From: Heterodontus francisci
Lineage: Eukaryota
Assembly (NCBI RefSeq): GCF_036365525.1
Contig: NC_090382.1
Coordinates: forward strand, 111,386,372-111,450,371
Direction of reading: 5' to 3'
DNA length: 64,000 nucleotides
Shown here: in pieces, positions 11,500-24,682 of the stretch
How the letters are laid out: every line of letters starts with the position of its first letter
Numbering within the stretch: position 1 is the stretch's first letter
Notes under the pieces: generated by a model
Database searches by the model: none
What the model was told of the DNA's origin: nothing
Seen by the model: only the letters and a program-made list of their open reading frames with translations
Position numbers and translations under genes: made by a program

Positions 11500-13986
11500 A
11501 TGGCAGATTCAGCAAGGTTATTGTTGCTGAGAACGCAAGCGATACCGTCCATGTTTCTGCTTTGTGCCTTGAATCTGGTTTCCGGGCACATTCGCTATTC
11601 CATTCCCGAAGAACTGGAACACGGTGCTTTCGTAGGAAACATTGCGAAAGATTTGGGATTAACCCTGCAGGAACTATTAAGTCGCAAATTCAGGATTGTT
11701 TCAGACTCACCAAAACATTATTTGGACACCAACATAAGGAACGGCATTTTATTTGTAAGTGAAAGAATAGACAGAGAGCAATTGTGTGCAAAGAGCGTCA
11801 ATTGCATCCTAGCATTAGAAGTCGTAATTGAAAATCCGGTGGAACAGTACCGTGTCGATGTTGATATCATGGATATAAATGATAACTCTCCCAGTTTCCC
11901 GCACGGTGAAACCCGTTTGGAAATTGCTGAATCGACGATACCCGGAACGCGCTTTTTGTTAGAGAACGCGCACGATCCTGACGTCGGAACCAATTCTATC
12001 CGTGAGTACCAACTCATTCCAAATGAGAAGTTCTCTTTAGATGTGCAGAATCATGGAAAATGGCAATTAGTCCATTTGGTACTGGAGACGTCTCTGGACA
12101 GGGAAAAAGAATCGACGCACCAGTTACTATTAAGAGCTATTGACGGTGGGACACCGCACCAATCAGGTATTACTCAAATAACCATCACTGTATTAGACAG
12201 TAATGACAATGCACCCGTTTTCCAACAGCCTCTGTACACTGCGATGCTAATGGAAGATGCCCCGCCAGATACTGTGATCATTAAGCTTAATGCCACTGAT
12301 TTGGATTACGGGTCAAACAGTATCATCATGTATTCCTTTAGTAGCTATAATAAGGAATGGGTTCGTGATCTTTTCTGTATTAATTCTAAATCCGGAGAAA
12401 TTAGTGTAAAGAGGATATTGGACTTCGAAGAAGCTGACATTTACGAGATTAATGTTGAAGCTAAGGACAACGGTTCTCCTCCATTGATAGCACACTGCAC
12501 CGTTCGGGTGAATATTATGGATGTGAATGATAACGCACCTACATTGAACCTAAATTCAGTTTCAAGCAAAATCTCTGAGGATGTTCCGATTGGGACGTTA
12601 ATAGCGTTAATCAGTGTAACTGATCGGGATACCGATAAAAATGGACAAACAGATTGTCGGATTTCTCCAATCCTCCCATTTGATCTGAAATCTTCATTTA
12701 TGAATTCGTACAGGCTAGTAATAAAAGACCTCCTAGATCGGGAAACTACTGCGAAATATGAAATAACTATTACCTGCAAGGACCATGGCACTCCGCCATT
12801 GTTCACCAACAAAACTATCGTTGTGCATCTTACGGACATAAATGACAATGCGCCAAGCTTTCTGCAATCTTCATATACCGTCTATGCTATGGAAAATGAT
12901 CCGCCTGGCAGTTCTCTTGGGTCAGTGGCAGCTTTAGATCCTGACCTGGAACAAAACTCACAGCTTTCTTACACTATTCTGCAAAACCAAATTCAGGGGC
13001 TGCCAGTGACCTCATACGTCTCTATGAACTCGGAAGCCGGTATCATCTTTTCACAACGTTCATTTGACTATGAGCAACTGAAAAGTTTTGAGATCCAAAT
13101 TCAAGCTCGAGATGCGGGGTTTCCACCACTGTCGAGTAACGTTACTGTCAAAGTGATAATCCTCGATCAGAATGACAACGCTCCTGTAATAACATCAGTC
13201 GGGTCAGCGAATCATGCTGAGATAATGGTGCCGCGATCTGCGGATCCCGGCTATTTAGTTACCAAGGTAATTGCATCGGATGCTGATTCCGGTCAAAACG
13301 CGCGGCTTTTCTATCAGCTTGTGCAAACCACTGATCCCAATTCTTTTACTGTTTCGCACAGTTCCGGAGAAGTCCGAACTACTCAACTACTTAAAGCCAA
13401 CTATGGTAACGGACAAAGGCTGGTTATCCAGGTAAAAGATAATGGCCATCCACCCCTTTTTGCCACGGCCACTGTCACGGTCATAATAAGTGAACAGAGC
13501 GCAGAAATGAACCACGATTCTGTGGAATCTCACAGGGCTTTCAAATATTCTTCAAATTTATCTTTTTATATAATAATTACTTTAGGAGTAATATCCTTCA
13601 TACTCCTAGTTGTCATAATTGCCCTTGTTATCGCCATTTGTTCAGCCGACAGAAGTTCTGCTTACGCTCGGAGATGTTTTCTAACCAGTTGTTGCTGCAA
13701 GAGCTCGTTGAACACCACCGATCGTTTACATCATTTAAATGCTAGTCTTCAGATTGAGCCGGATTCTAAATTAATTACAAATGTTATTGAAGTTCGAGGC
13801 AGTGGATCCCTTTCAGACACATACCGTTATAAAGTGCGATCAGCTCCGCAACCAAGTAACATGGAATTCATGTTTCTCTCATCGTCCAATCCAGCAACGC
13901 CAGGAACTATTAAGAAATTAACCAGAACATATATGTCAGAGCAGAGTGCATTGCCAATGAACATCTGGGCTGGGGCATCCAGTGAG
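11500..13986 (+). CDS. Clustered protocadherin variable exon 1 (signal peptide, 6 cadherin repeats, TM, variable cytoplasmic domain)
   Basis: VSG|HIRYSIPEE, IDREQLC-x5-C in EC1, DxNDNxP linkers, VPRSADPGYLVTKV EC6, hydrophobic TM; ORF ends just past GAG|GTGAGT phase-0 donor at 13986/13987. Confidence 0.97.
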
Positions 13987-14913
13987 GTGAGTCAAAATCT
14001 GCATTAAATAGAACATACAGAAATTGGGCGGCGAACCCCTGAATAATGTTACTTTTCAACAGTTTATCCAGTGCACATTCAGCAACCTTCTGCTTGTGTT
14101 TCATATCTCTAACACTCTAACATTTATTTATCAAACATTCAATATGCCATGCTTAAGTTTATCGAGAAAGATTTTGTAGCTTGCAAATCATGTGCATTTT
14201 AACTTCTTGAAATCCAGAAACGTACAAAAGGCATTGCTCAATTTCCTAAGTGTTAATTTAACTATGTTGAGATGACAATATGAATGAACACGGTAACTTT
14301 GATAGTGTACCATAAAATAGCCTTATTGTTTAAATGTCTCATTGCACAAATTCTTTAGAGTTTATGAACAAGTAATTATTGCGCATTTTCTATATATGGC
14401 AATTGAATACAATTAAACAAGACCTCGAATACCAAGAGGGAAATCGATAGAATACCGCAGTCTTACAGTAATTACCAACGATCCCATTAGAACGGAGGAA
14501 GTTAAATCTAAAGAATCATTGTGAAGCTCAGTTTTGTTTAAATAATCTAATCTTCGGATAAAAATATAACTGAAACCATACGTCTAGACTGTAACTTCGT
14601 TGAAATGGTCGTTCTTCGAGCCTTCAGTGATAACCGTAAATAACCGTAAATCTGGCAGTGCCTATAAACACCTCCAAAGTCGGCTTGTAAGAGGGAAGAT
14701 GTCAGTTTCATGCATCCTTGAATTGAGCCTAATAGTTGCTTACAATGATCACCCTCACTCCTAAAAGGTGATCCAACAGCATTTCCAGTCAGATATTTTT
14801 TTTCAGGAATACTTGAGGCGCTGCACTTATCACATTGAAGTGGATACATTTTGCTCCCGTTTTAAACCGGTGGACTGGTACGACAATTACAACTTATACC
14901 GCTAGAATATTAG

Positions 14914-15635
14914 GGGTGCGGTGGCATAGTGGTTATGTTAATGGACTAGTAACCAGTGGTCTGGACTAATGAGCTGGCCATATGGGTTAAAATCCCACCA
15001 TGGCAGCTGGAAATTTTAACTTCAATTAATTAAATAAATCTGGAATAAAAAGTTAGCAGCAGTAAGGGCGACCATGCAACTACCGGACTGCCGCAGCAAG
15101 CAATTGGTTCACTAATGTCCTTTATGGAAGGAAACAGTGGGCGGCACAGTGGCGCCAGGGACCTCACAGCTCCAGGGACCCGGGTTCGATTCTGGGTACT
15201 GCCTGTGCGGAGTTTGCAAGTTCTCCCTGTGTCTGCGTGGGTTTCCTCCCACATGCCAAAGACTTGCAGGTTGATAAGTTAATTGGCCATTATAAATTGC
15301 CCCTAGTGTAGGTGGTAGGGAAATATATGGGGACAGGTGGGGATCTGATAGGAATATGGGATTAGTGTAGGATTAGTATGAATGGGTGGTTGATGGTCGG
15401 CACAGACTCGGTGGGCCGAAGGGCCTGTTTCAGTGCTGTATCACTAAAAAAAAATCTGCAGTTCTGACCTAGATATGACTCAAGACCCCAAAAATGTGGT
15501 CTTCTGACATTTCTAAAACGGTCTAGCAATGCAATACGCAGTTCTATGCAAGAAGCAAGCCCACTTGTCAAGGGCAATCAGGGATGGGAGCCCACACCCG
15601 TGAATGAATAAAGAAGAAAATGAATAAAGAAGAAA
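14914..15635 (+). mobile_element. tRNA-derived SINE (SacSINE1/Deu-domain-like), interrupted by a V-SINE
   Basis: A-box GGTGGCATAGTGG, B-box-like GGGTTAAAATCCC, central TGGTTCACTAATGTCCTTTATGGAAGGAAA, tail TCAAGGGCAATCAGGGATGGG; minus-strand relatives at 16625-17010 and 22655-23040. Confidence 0.7.
15139..15446 (+). mobile_element. HE1-like V-SINE (tRNA-derived, CR1-type 3' tail)
   Basis: GGGCGGCACAGTGGC… GGTTCGATTC B-box, GTGCGGAGTTTGCAAGTTCTCCCTGTGTCTGCGTGGGTTTCC V-domain-like core, tail GGGCCGAAGGGCCTGTTTCAGTGCTG; near-identical to 38101-38443 and 51808-52155. Confidence 0.85.
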
Positions 15636-16624
15636 ACGGACAAGATTTCAGGGCAAGAGAAAGCCGTTAAGAAGTTATAACAATCACTTACGTTGAACTG
15701 CTACTATTGTGCTTGCGGTGACAATCAAAAAGTGCAGCGGAGAAAAACTAGTAAGGTCAAGGAATCAGACTGAAAGAAAATTAATGGCAGTATTGGCAGA
15801 AAAATAAAACGAAACATAAATATCAAAACGGAATTGCTAAGAACATTGGATAACAAGAAAGCATAAGTGTACAAGATTATGCAAACTGCGAACAATGATG
15901 TCATGGAATCCCAAAATATAGTTAATTCCTAATGGTTAAAATTAATGTACTGTACACGAATTTTGAGTATTCAGGAAAGAAGTACTCTGCATGAAATTAT
16001 GTAGAAAGCTCGCTTGGTCTTTAAGATGCAGATCCCCATGTCGAGGATAAGCATCTCCACGACTTACCCTCACTGGAAGTTTGTTGTGTAAAGGCAGAAA
16101 ACTAATTCGCTATTTTCCTGAAAACTAGAAGGTCAATAACATCATAAAAGAAAAAGGTTTTATCTGAACAGATAACGGAGGTGCATGGAATTTGAAAGAA
16201 GTTAATAATAGGGAGTTGTAACCAGCCTACTATGAATTAGGGATATTCAGTTGGTCAACAATCTGATAGCAAATGAGATATTTATAGCCAATTGTTTTAG
16301 GGATGCCAAGGCAAGTAACTTACAGCTCAACCTGAGAATAGATAGCTAACTAGTTAGAACGATATGAATGCCAATAGCGGCCATACTGAACTCCAGAGAC
16401 TATATTATGATTACAGTTGAAAATATCCAACCTAATATTTGGATTTATTATTTGAAAAGGACCAAATTCAAAATAATGAGAGGAGGTCTGAAACATTTTA
16501 ATAGGTGAACTATTTTCGAGAGACGTTTCGTAGAAAACAAATGGAATGTGGTTAAGGACATTCTCGTCCAAAAACAAATAAATGCAGACCACGAAACAAT
16601 AAGCATTACTTTTTAGTGCATGCT

Positions 16625-17010
16625 CATTCACTGGATGTGAGGGTCACAGACAAAACTAACAACCATTGTCCATCCCTAATTTCCCTTGAGAAGCTGGTGG
16701 GGAGCTGCCCTCTTTGGATACGGCTGAATGGCTCAATCAGCCATTTGAGAGGGCATTTCGAGGCCATATGTGGGCCCGGCGGGTAAGGAGGGAAGATTTC
16801 TTTCCAGTGAATCGGATGGGTTTTTACGGCAATCCAGTAGCTTTATGATCACAATTCCTGATATTGGACATTTTCTTTTCAATCCCAGATTAATTTAATT
16901 AACTGTATTTAAATTTACCACCTCCCATTGTAGGATTTAAACTCATGTTGCTCGGATCATTTGTCCAGACCTCAGGATTGCTACTCCAGTAGCAGAACCA
17001 TTGTGCTATC
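16625..17010 (-). mobile_element. SacSINE1/Deu-like SINE, degenerate
   Basis: Reverse-complement similarity to 14914-15635 (CATCCCTAATTTCCCTTGAG tail end; GTAGGATTTAAACTC B-box region). Confidence 0.6.
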
Positions 17011-17786
17011 GTGCAGGTTAATTAAACAATCCCGAGAGTTGGATTAGCCAGCTAATATAAATTGGAAAAAACGAAAGCACGCTTTTCAAATTATATGGGG
17101 GAGATAAGAAAATATATTATGAACAACCCTTCTGGAGCGGAACGTGAGAATCCACTGCGAACAAAACACAAACCTGAAAAAAAAATACCAGCGCAAAAGG
17201 GATCATCAAGGTTAACAAGGCCATAAATGAAAATAGCAATTGCAGCATAATGTAACGGTAGGAAATTGTTTCAGCATTATAACGAGCCCCGAACGAAAGT
17301 GAAGGCGAACTAAAAATAATTAATGTAACATAACAGGAGTTGTCCCCTGTGACCTACGAGCCTGATGCACCATTCAATTAAATCATGACACTAGCAACGT
17401 GTGAACTATCTTAGATACCTTAAAACAATGTGTAATATATTATATAACATTGCCATAGTTAAAAACATGTAAAATCAATATTTTGGAATAGATTAAATGC
17501 CCGGAAAATAAAAAAAGTGACTCAAAAAAAGCTGATTGCTAATTTCTTTCTGAATTTTTGACCATTTTCCCACAGAAAGTAGTTGGCAAAAGGGTAACTT
17601 TTAATACTGGGGTTTTTAAAGTATATTTCATTTTCACGACTTGAAAAAAGAGGCACTCGGAAGAAATGTAGTTAACATACTATACAAAACTTGCTTCTAT
17701 TACAGTGTACGCAGTAGGTAATTGGATATCTTGATGGGTATTCAGAAAGTCACTTGAGAGCATTGTGATAACAAACCCTTTGATAT

Positions 17787-18292
17787 TTCAGAGCATGACA
17801 GCCCCCCACTTTACTTTCATTTTTAGTTATTTTTTCTTCCTTTTTTTTGCATTCCTTTTTACATTTTTTGCATTTATTTCATTTCATCTTAGTTTGTTCA
17901 GTTTGCTTACCCACTGTTTTTTTCAGGTTGTTTTTCTTCAGGTTTGCACTTGCTGATGTTCTATATTCAGTATATTCACACCTAATCTGTACTAATGCTT
18001 TGTCTTTCAAAACACCATTAACATATTGTTTGCCTTTGCTCTGTGACCTTTTGGTCAGCTATGTGGCCTGGTCCAATCTGCACCTTCTCCTTTGTTATCT
18101 CTTGCCCAACCCCCACCTCACTTGTTTATAATCTGTGACTTTTCTAATATTTGTCAGTTCCGAAGAAGGGTCACTGACCCGAAACGTTAACTCTGCTTCT
18201 CTTTCTACAGATGCTGCCAGACCTGCTGAGTGAATCCAGCATTTCTTGTTTTTGTTTCAGATTTCCAGCATCCGCAGTATTTTGCTTTTACT
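17787..18292 (+). mobile_element. Penelope-like element 3' UTR fragment
   Basis: Reverse complement of 8710-9165 (TTTCAGAGCATGACAGCCCCCC…GATGCTGCCAGACCTGCTGAG). Confidence 0.85.
18156..18192 (+). ncRNA. Minimal type I hammerhead ribozyme-like motif (variant CCGAAGA core)
   Basis: AGTT-CCGAAGA-AGGGTCactGACCC-GAAA-CGTT-AACT: stem I AGTT/AACT, stem II, palindromic ACGT stem III. Confidence 0.55.
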
Positions 18293-20374
18293 TTGATATT
18301 TCTTAATCTGCACGAAGTGGTACAGGGTTTTTGAACAATGTGAGGCTTTTTAAAAATCAGAACACACACAGCAAAATGCCAGTTAGACAGTAAAGTTATA
18401 TTTAAATGTTAAAAAAGGACAGGAAAATTCTGAGAGAAAGGCTGGACTTGGAAGGGGATATGCTGTTCAAGGTACTGAGTAGTATTAGATCAGAGATTCA
18501 TTGTGCTCATTTCTTTGGGCAAACGCAAATTGTATTGATTGCTCTAAGTTAATGCAGTTATAGCTATTAGCCTGTACCATCGCCATGTTGCGCAATAAGA
18601 CAGCTTTCAATTCAAAATAAACTTGACCTCATCTAGTGTTATCTGGATCTACCTTTGGAGAGATTGAAAAAAAAAAGATGCAAGAGACACATGTATCTGG
18701 ATGAAGTCTTCGTGTTATGACATCGCACAACAAAGGCATTGTGAGGCAATTCCCAGAAAATTTAAATGCTTAGTCCGCATTAGAGAGCAAATGGTGCCAT
18801 GAACCTGAGTAGGCATCGATGGCAGACCTAAATTTGTAACAGTGTTTGCCACAGATGTCAATAAATGCAGATAAAATCCAATTGGATTGGAAACAGGTGA
18901 AATAGGTACTCACCATCAAAAAATGTGACAATGCAACAAAAGTGCATAACAGCAGACCCATTGGTCTAACATGGATTAATAGCAAAATAATAGAACTGGT
19001 CATTAACATCAATACATTAAAAAGGCTGGTGGAGCATCAGCCATTCAATGTTCAACTCTGTTTCATCCAGAATCGAGATTTAAATATATTATCACAGTTT
19101 CCTATCATAACACCTGTTGGAGAATCAAATTTCAGGAACACTAATTGCATTTTCTGATTTCATTTGAATATAGAAAACAACATTTTCAATTATCTGTATA
19201 ATTCTTCATCTGACTACTCATTAAATATCAATCCACATACTTGATGTGGCAGCCTTCCATCTCTTGGGACGACGGGTGGTCAACTCTGGATTAAGCATCG
19301 CCAGGCGTGGCTCAAATGCTTTATTTTTGATGGCAGACTCTGCTGCACTTCATTCAGATGAAGGCAGCGGGGTGAAGTGGCTTAAGATTCACAGGACTCT
19401 GTTTTCTTCAGGCCCTCTTCACAGCCAGCTGAGCTTTCCATTTTACCTTGTATCTCCCAGTGACCCTTTGAAGAGCCAGCCTCCAGAGTTCCTGTCCGTT
19501 GGCGACTGTCTCCAAGTTGTGTTGATGTCAGCCATCTTCATATCTCACTCGCAGGTGTCTTTGTATTGGACGTCCAGCAGGTCGTGATCCAATGTCCATT
19601 TCACTGTGCAGAAGATCTTTGGGTATGCAGTCGTTATTCATCCGATGAACATAGCTATGCCATCGCAGACATCATTGGCTTGGTAATGATTGCATGCTGA
19701 TCGAATCATCATGCTCCAAAACCTCTGAATTAGTAACTTTGTCCCGCCAGGTGATGCCGAGGATACATCTGAGAAAGTGAAGATGGAAACCAGTCAGCCT
19801 TTCCTCCTGCCCAGCATATGTTGTCCAGGTCCTCTACTGTAGAGGAGTGCACTGAGGACACATCTCCTAAGGCACTGCCCTGCCCCAAGCAGAAACAGAG
19901 AAGTTCATGTGGATGCTGCAGGAGTGCTGGTTTCCCATCAAGTGGTATAGCATCAACACCTGGAGTTTTGCCAATGGCAAGTAAGGCGGTAGCTTTGCTG
20001 TGGGCTCGTTATCTACCTCTTCCATGACAGGCAGGCTCTCTATGGTTTCTAGAGATTTCTCGATGATGTTGTTTTCCCTGGAGTACAACTCAAGGTAGTG
20101 CTCCACCTATCTTCTTCATTTATTACATTTATTACAGTTATTGATGATATCCCCTGCCTTTGTTTTCAATGAAGCTGTTTTCTTTGCTAATGGACTTGCT
20201 GTCTTTGTGATCCCATCATACATGACACTAGTGTTCCGTGTGTCAGAGGACATCTGGATATTCTGGCAAAGTTATAACTAGTAGCCAGTGGCACAGCAGC
20301 TCACAGTCTGTTGGATTTTACTTCAAGCAGCTCTTAGTGCATTCAGAGTCTTCTCGCCGGATGTCTCTTGTAAT

Positions 20375-22430
20375 TAGAGTCACAGAGTCATTTAAGGCAC
20401 AGAAGGAGGCCATTCAGCCTATCGTGTCCATGCCATCTCTCCACTGAGCTATCCAGTCAGTCCCACTCCCCCACTCAATCCCCGTAGTTCTGCAAGTCTA
20501 GTTCCCTCAAGTGGCCATCCAATTTTTCTTTGAAGTCATTGGTTGTCTCCACTTCCACTACCCTTTTGGGCAGCGAGTTCCAGATCATTACCACCAACTG
20601 TGGAAAAAAATGTCTTCCTCATACTCCCCCTGCATCTCTTGCCCAAAACTTTCAATCTGTGTCCCGTAGTCCTTGTACCATGAGTTAATGGGAACAGTTT
20701 CTCCTTGTCTAGCTTATCCAAGCCTGCCATAATCTTGTACACCTCTATTAAATCTCCCTTCAATCCCTTTTGTTCTATGGAGAACAGACCAGTTTTTCCA
20801 ACTTAATTTTATAACTAAAATCCTCCATCCCTGGAACCATTCTGGCAAATCTCCTCTGCACCCTCTCAAGGACCCTGTTATCTTTCCTATAGTGTGATGA
20901 CCAGTTCAGGACTAACCAGAGCTTTATAAAGGTCCAGCATAACTTCCCTACTTTTTTGCTCAATGCCTCTCTTTATGAAACCTAAGAACCCATATGCTTT
21001 ACTAACCACTTTCTCAATCTGTTCTTCCACCTTCAACGATCAATGCACATACAGCTCCAGATCCCTCTGTTCCTGCACACTCTTTAGAAATATGGCAATA
21101 AGTATATATTGCCCGTCCCTACTCTTTCTGCCAAAATGCATCACCACACACTTCTCTGTACTAATTTTCATCTGCCACCTGTCTGCCCATTCTGAAAGCC
21201 TATCCATGCCCTGTTGCAGGAGGTTCATATGATCCTCACTGTTTGCCAATCCTGCATGTTTGGTGTCATTGGCAAATTTTGAGATTCCACTCTGTATTCC
21301 AAGATCCAAAACATTTATATATAGCAAAAATAGCAGTGGTCCTCGACCTGGCCATTGGGGAACGTGATCCTCCAGTCTGAAAAGCAACAATTTGCTATGA
21401 CTCACTGTTTTCTGCCCTTAAGCCAAAATTTTAGCCAATTGCACACTGACCCTCCTATTCCATGCACCTCGATTTTGATAACCAGCCATTTCTCTGGTAC
21501 CTTGCCAACCGCTTTCTTAAAATCCATATAAACAACATCCAACGCACTCCCTTTATCAACCTTTGCTGTTACTTCATCAAAAAATTCAATTAGATTAGTC
21601 AAGCATGATCTGTCTTTTACAAACCCGTGTTGGTTATCATTAATTAACTCAAACCTCTCTAAGTGTTTGTTGATTTTTCCCTGGTAATTGTTTCTAAAAC
21701 TCTACCCACCACTGATGTTGAACTAACTGGCCTGTAGTTGTTAGGACTGTTCTTACACCCTTTCTTGAATAAGGGTGTTACATTTGCCACTGTTCAATCC
21801 TCGGCCCCTCCCCCGTATCGAGGGAAGATTGGAAGATTATGGCCAGCCCTTCCGTTATATTCATCCCCACTTCTTTAAGCAACTTGAGATGCAAGCCAGT
21901 TGGACGGGGTGACTTATCTACGCTAGGTGTAGACGACCTTTTTAGTGCTCCCCCTCCTCCAATTTTTGTCCTATCCGTTGCATCTGCTCTCGTGGCTGCT
22001 ACTGATATTTTATCAGATTCCATTTCCTTATTGAGCACTGATACAAAGTATATTAGCCTTGCCCTGTACCTCTAAGGGTACATTATGCTCTTTGTCCCTA
22101 ATAGGCCCTACCTTTTACTACTCACATGCCAAATGAAGATGTTTGGGTTCACTTTTATGTTGAGTGCCATTTTACTCTCATGTTCTCCCTTTGCCAGTCT
22201 TATTGATGATTTCATCTGACATGCATCATGCACCCTTTTTTTGTTTCATCATAATCTCTATCTTCTTTGTCTTTCAAGGGATCCTGTAATTGCTTCACCT
22301 TCTTTTCGCCCTTGTTGGAATGTTCCTAGCCCGTACCCAAAGCATCTCTTCCTTAAAGATAACCTATTGTTCCGATACAGCTTTTCCTCTCACTCTTTGG
22401 TTCCATTTTACCCTGGCTAGATCCCTTCTC
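20375..22430 (-). mobile_element. Degenerate CR1 LINE
   Basis: ORF pieces TNLIEFFDEVT…DVVYMDFKKA, ISKFANDTK, RVQRRFARMVPG, GDLIEVYKIM; tail near 20375. Confidence 0.9.
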
Positions 22431-22654
22431 CTTGGGTCGAGGCTCTGTGTGTAGGGCAAGCTCTGCTCTGAAGGTGGCGGGTCTCCGACTACAAATCAGG
22501 CTCTGTCCCAACACCAACGGGACTCTCTTTGCATGCCGAAGAATGTACTGCTTGACTTCAATGGTAGATTCCATTACAACAACATTAGCCTCGAACGAGT
22601 CAGCATTTTTCCATTCTTGCTTCCCATATGCTGGGAGTGTGGTATTGCAAATGT

Positions 22655-23040
22655 TCTTTTCTATTCTTTTGTGAGATGTGGGCGTCGCCACAAAGGCCAG
22701 CATTTGTTGCTGATCCCTAATTGCCCTTGACAATTGAGGGCCTTGGAAGGCCACTTATGAGTAAATCACTTTGTTCTGGGTCTGGAGTCACATGTAGGCC
22801 AGACCAGGTAAGGCTGACAGATTCCCTTCTCTATAGAGCATTAATGAGTCAGATGGGTTTTTATGATAATTGATCATAGTTTGATGGCACCATTACTGAG
22901 ACTAGACTTCTTTTGCAGATTTTATTAATTAATTGAATTTAAATTTCACCAATTGCCGTGGTGGGATTTGAACCTGCGTCACCAAGGAATTAGCCTTGGT
23001 CTTTGGTTTAACCAGTTCATAGACGTTACCACTACGCCCC
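22655..23040 (-). mobile_element. SacSINE1/Deu-like tRNA-derived SINE
   Basis: Minus-strand head GGGGCGTAGTGG…GGTTCAAATCCCACC and tail TCAAGGGCAATTAGGGATC match 14914-15635. Confidence 0.7.
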
Positions 23041-24682
23041 TTTTCCCCCGTTCTAAGTAGTGTCTCGAAGTATGTTCCATTTCACTTCTGCATTCTGTCT
23101 GCTAATGCCGAGGAGCACCTGTTCAATGGAGTCAAGGAACTGTTTGATCTCAGTTTGGCTGATGGTGATACAAGGACGGCCTTTCTGCTTTGAATAGAAA
23201 AGCTTTAAGATTTGCAAACTGATAATGGTGCACCAGAGAGTGATCTATGTCACAGTCTGTGCTTTGTTTGCTGCGTGTGTTGAGGATGCTGTTGAAAGAG
23301 TCACCTCTGGGGGTCATCTGGTACAGCTGGTGCCAATGTCCCGATATTGGATGTCTCCAGAACGCCTTGTGGCATGGTTTGTTATGAAAACAATGTGAGT
23401 TACACAACGCTCATGGTAGCAGCAAAGCTAAAGTATTCTCTGCCCATTTTCATTTATCTTTCCCGTGGCATGATGTCCGAGACATGTCTCAAGCCGGCAT
23501 TCACTTTTGCGTTGAAATCCCCCAGTAGGTAAAGACTTTCTGTCTTTCCGCTGATAGCAGTGTTATGTAGAACTGGGTTTTCGTCTCTGCAGTGGAGCGC
23601 ACAGTTGGAGCATAGATAATCAGAAGGTTAAAGTTGAGTTGAGAGGCGGATAGAGAGAACATGTTCTGAACCATATGTTGGGGTTGTATCATCGAAAGCT
23701 TCATATCACATGCTTGTTCTCTTAGTTCAATATTAAATTATTTAGGCCACAATTATGATCCACCTGTCTCGTACAGAAGCAGTTAACATAAGCATGCTTT
23801 TCATCCTGCTATAAGTCGTATTCAACTCAACAACAAAGCACCGCTCCACATGTACAATTGAATGCACGGACAGAGTTTCACAGCACTGATTTTAGTCAAT
23901 TCCGGGAGAAACGTAACGGTAAAAGTGCTAATAAAGTTTACTAAGTTATTAGAATGTCCAGTAGACTGGCTAGTCATTTTTAAATTATTGCTTCATCCAT
24001 TTGACACAAAGTATAAGAGATGAGGTTCTACCTATTACAAGTGGTCTAGAACTCTCTTTACTCCATTCAATAGTCAGGGCGGCCCGAGCATTATTATATT
24101 CATTCATTGCATTATTTAATGTGCACCTGAATCGATTAGATTCCCAGCAAAATTTCATGTAACCACTGCTAACATCTCGTACTTCTCTTATTCTTTCAAC
24201 ATTCGACAGTATTAGCCCCATTCTTTCTTTGATCTCAAGCAAAACATGCACGTTTCTTTTACTAATGCTGTACATAAGGCCAATGCTTCATTTGATATTG
24301 CTTTAGACCCGCATTCTATACTTGGAAAGATTTTGTCAAATTCATCAAAAGTGAAGTAAGTTCCAAAATCAAATGGAGTTTTCGTCAGATCTTGTGAAGT
24401 ACTGAGTGTATATTAAAGACACTGAATTATACTAAAAAATCCACTTATATTTACAATCCTGTGGTAACTTGAAACTATCAAACAGCAGTATCTACAGAAT
24501 ATTCTGTGCTTGGGCGTATGGAATTTATATTTTATAGTCAGAAGCTGTTATTAATATAATTATAGAAGTAGGATTTTTTGTCACTTTGGAAAATACAATG
24601 ATGATAGATATTCAGTTACAGCAAAATTCATATACAAGTTTTGACTGATATTTTCAGTGAAGTTTGGCTTTATTGTAATCTC

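Larger units (their letters stand above)
19205..23700 (-). mobile_element. Old fragmented RTE-clade LINE (pieces ~19205-20372, ~22545-22650, ~23045-23700) interrupted by CR1 and SINE insertions
   Basis: Minus-strand peptides IIYAPT…ETKTQFY (APE endonuclease), AYGKQEWKNADSFEA, EHYLELYSRENN; 3' part resembles the clean RTE at 44323-45662. Confidence 0.7.

Noticed and set aside
12130-12165. Exonic CTCF site equivalent to the mammalian Pcdh-alpha eCBS (in the xAxDGG codons of EC2)
   Set aside because: The sequence here and in the paralogs (GCTATTGACGGTGGG etc.) does not convincingly match the CTCF core by eye.
15598-15636. Short direct repeat (AATGAATAAAGAAGAA)x2
   Set aside because: Slippage at a SINE tail.
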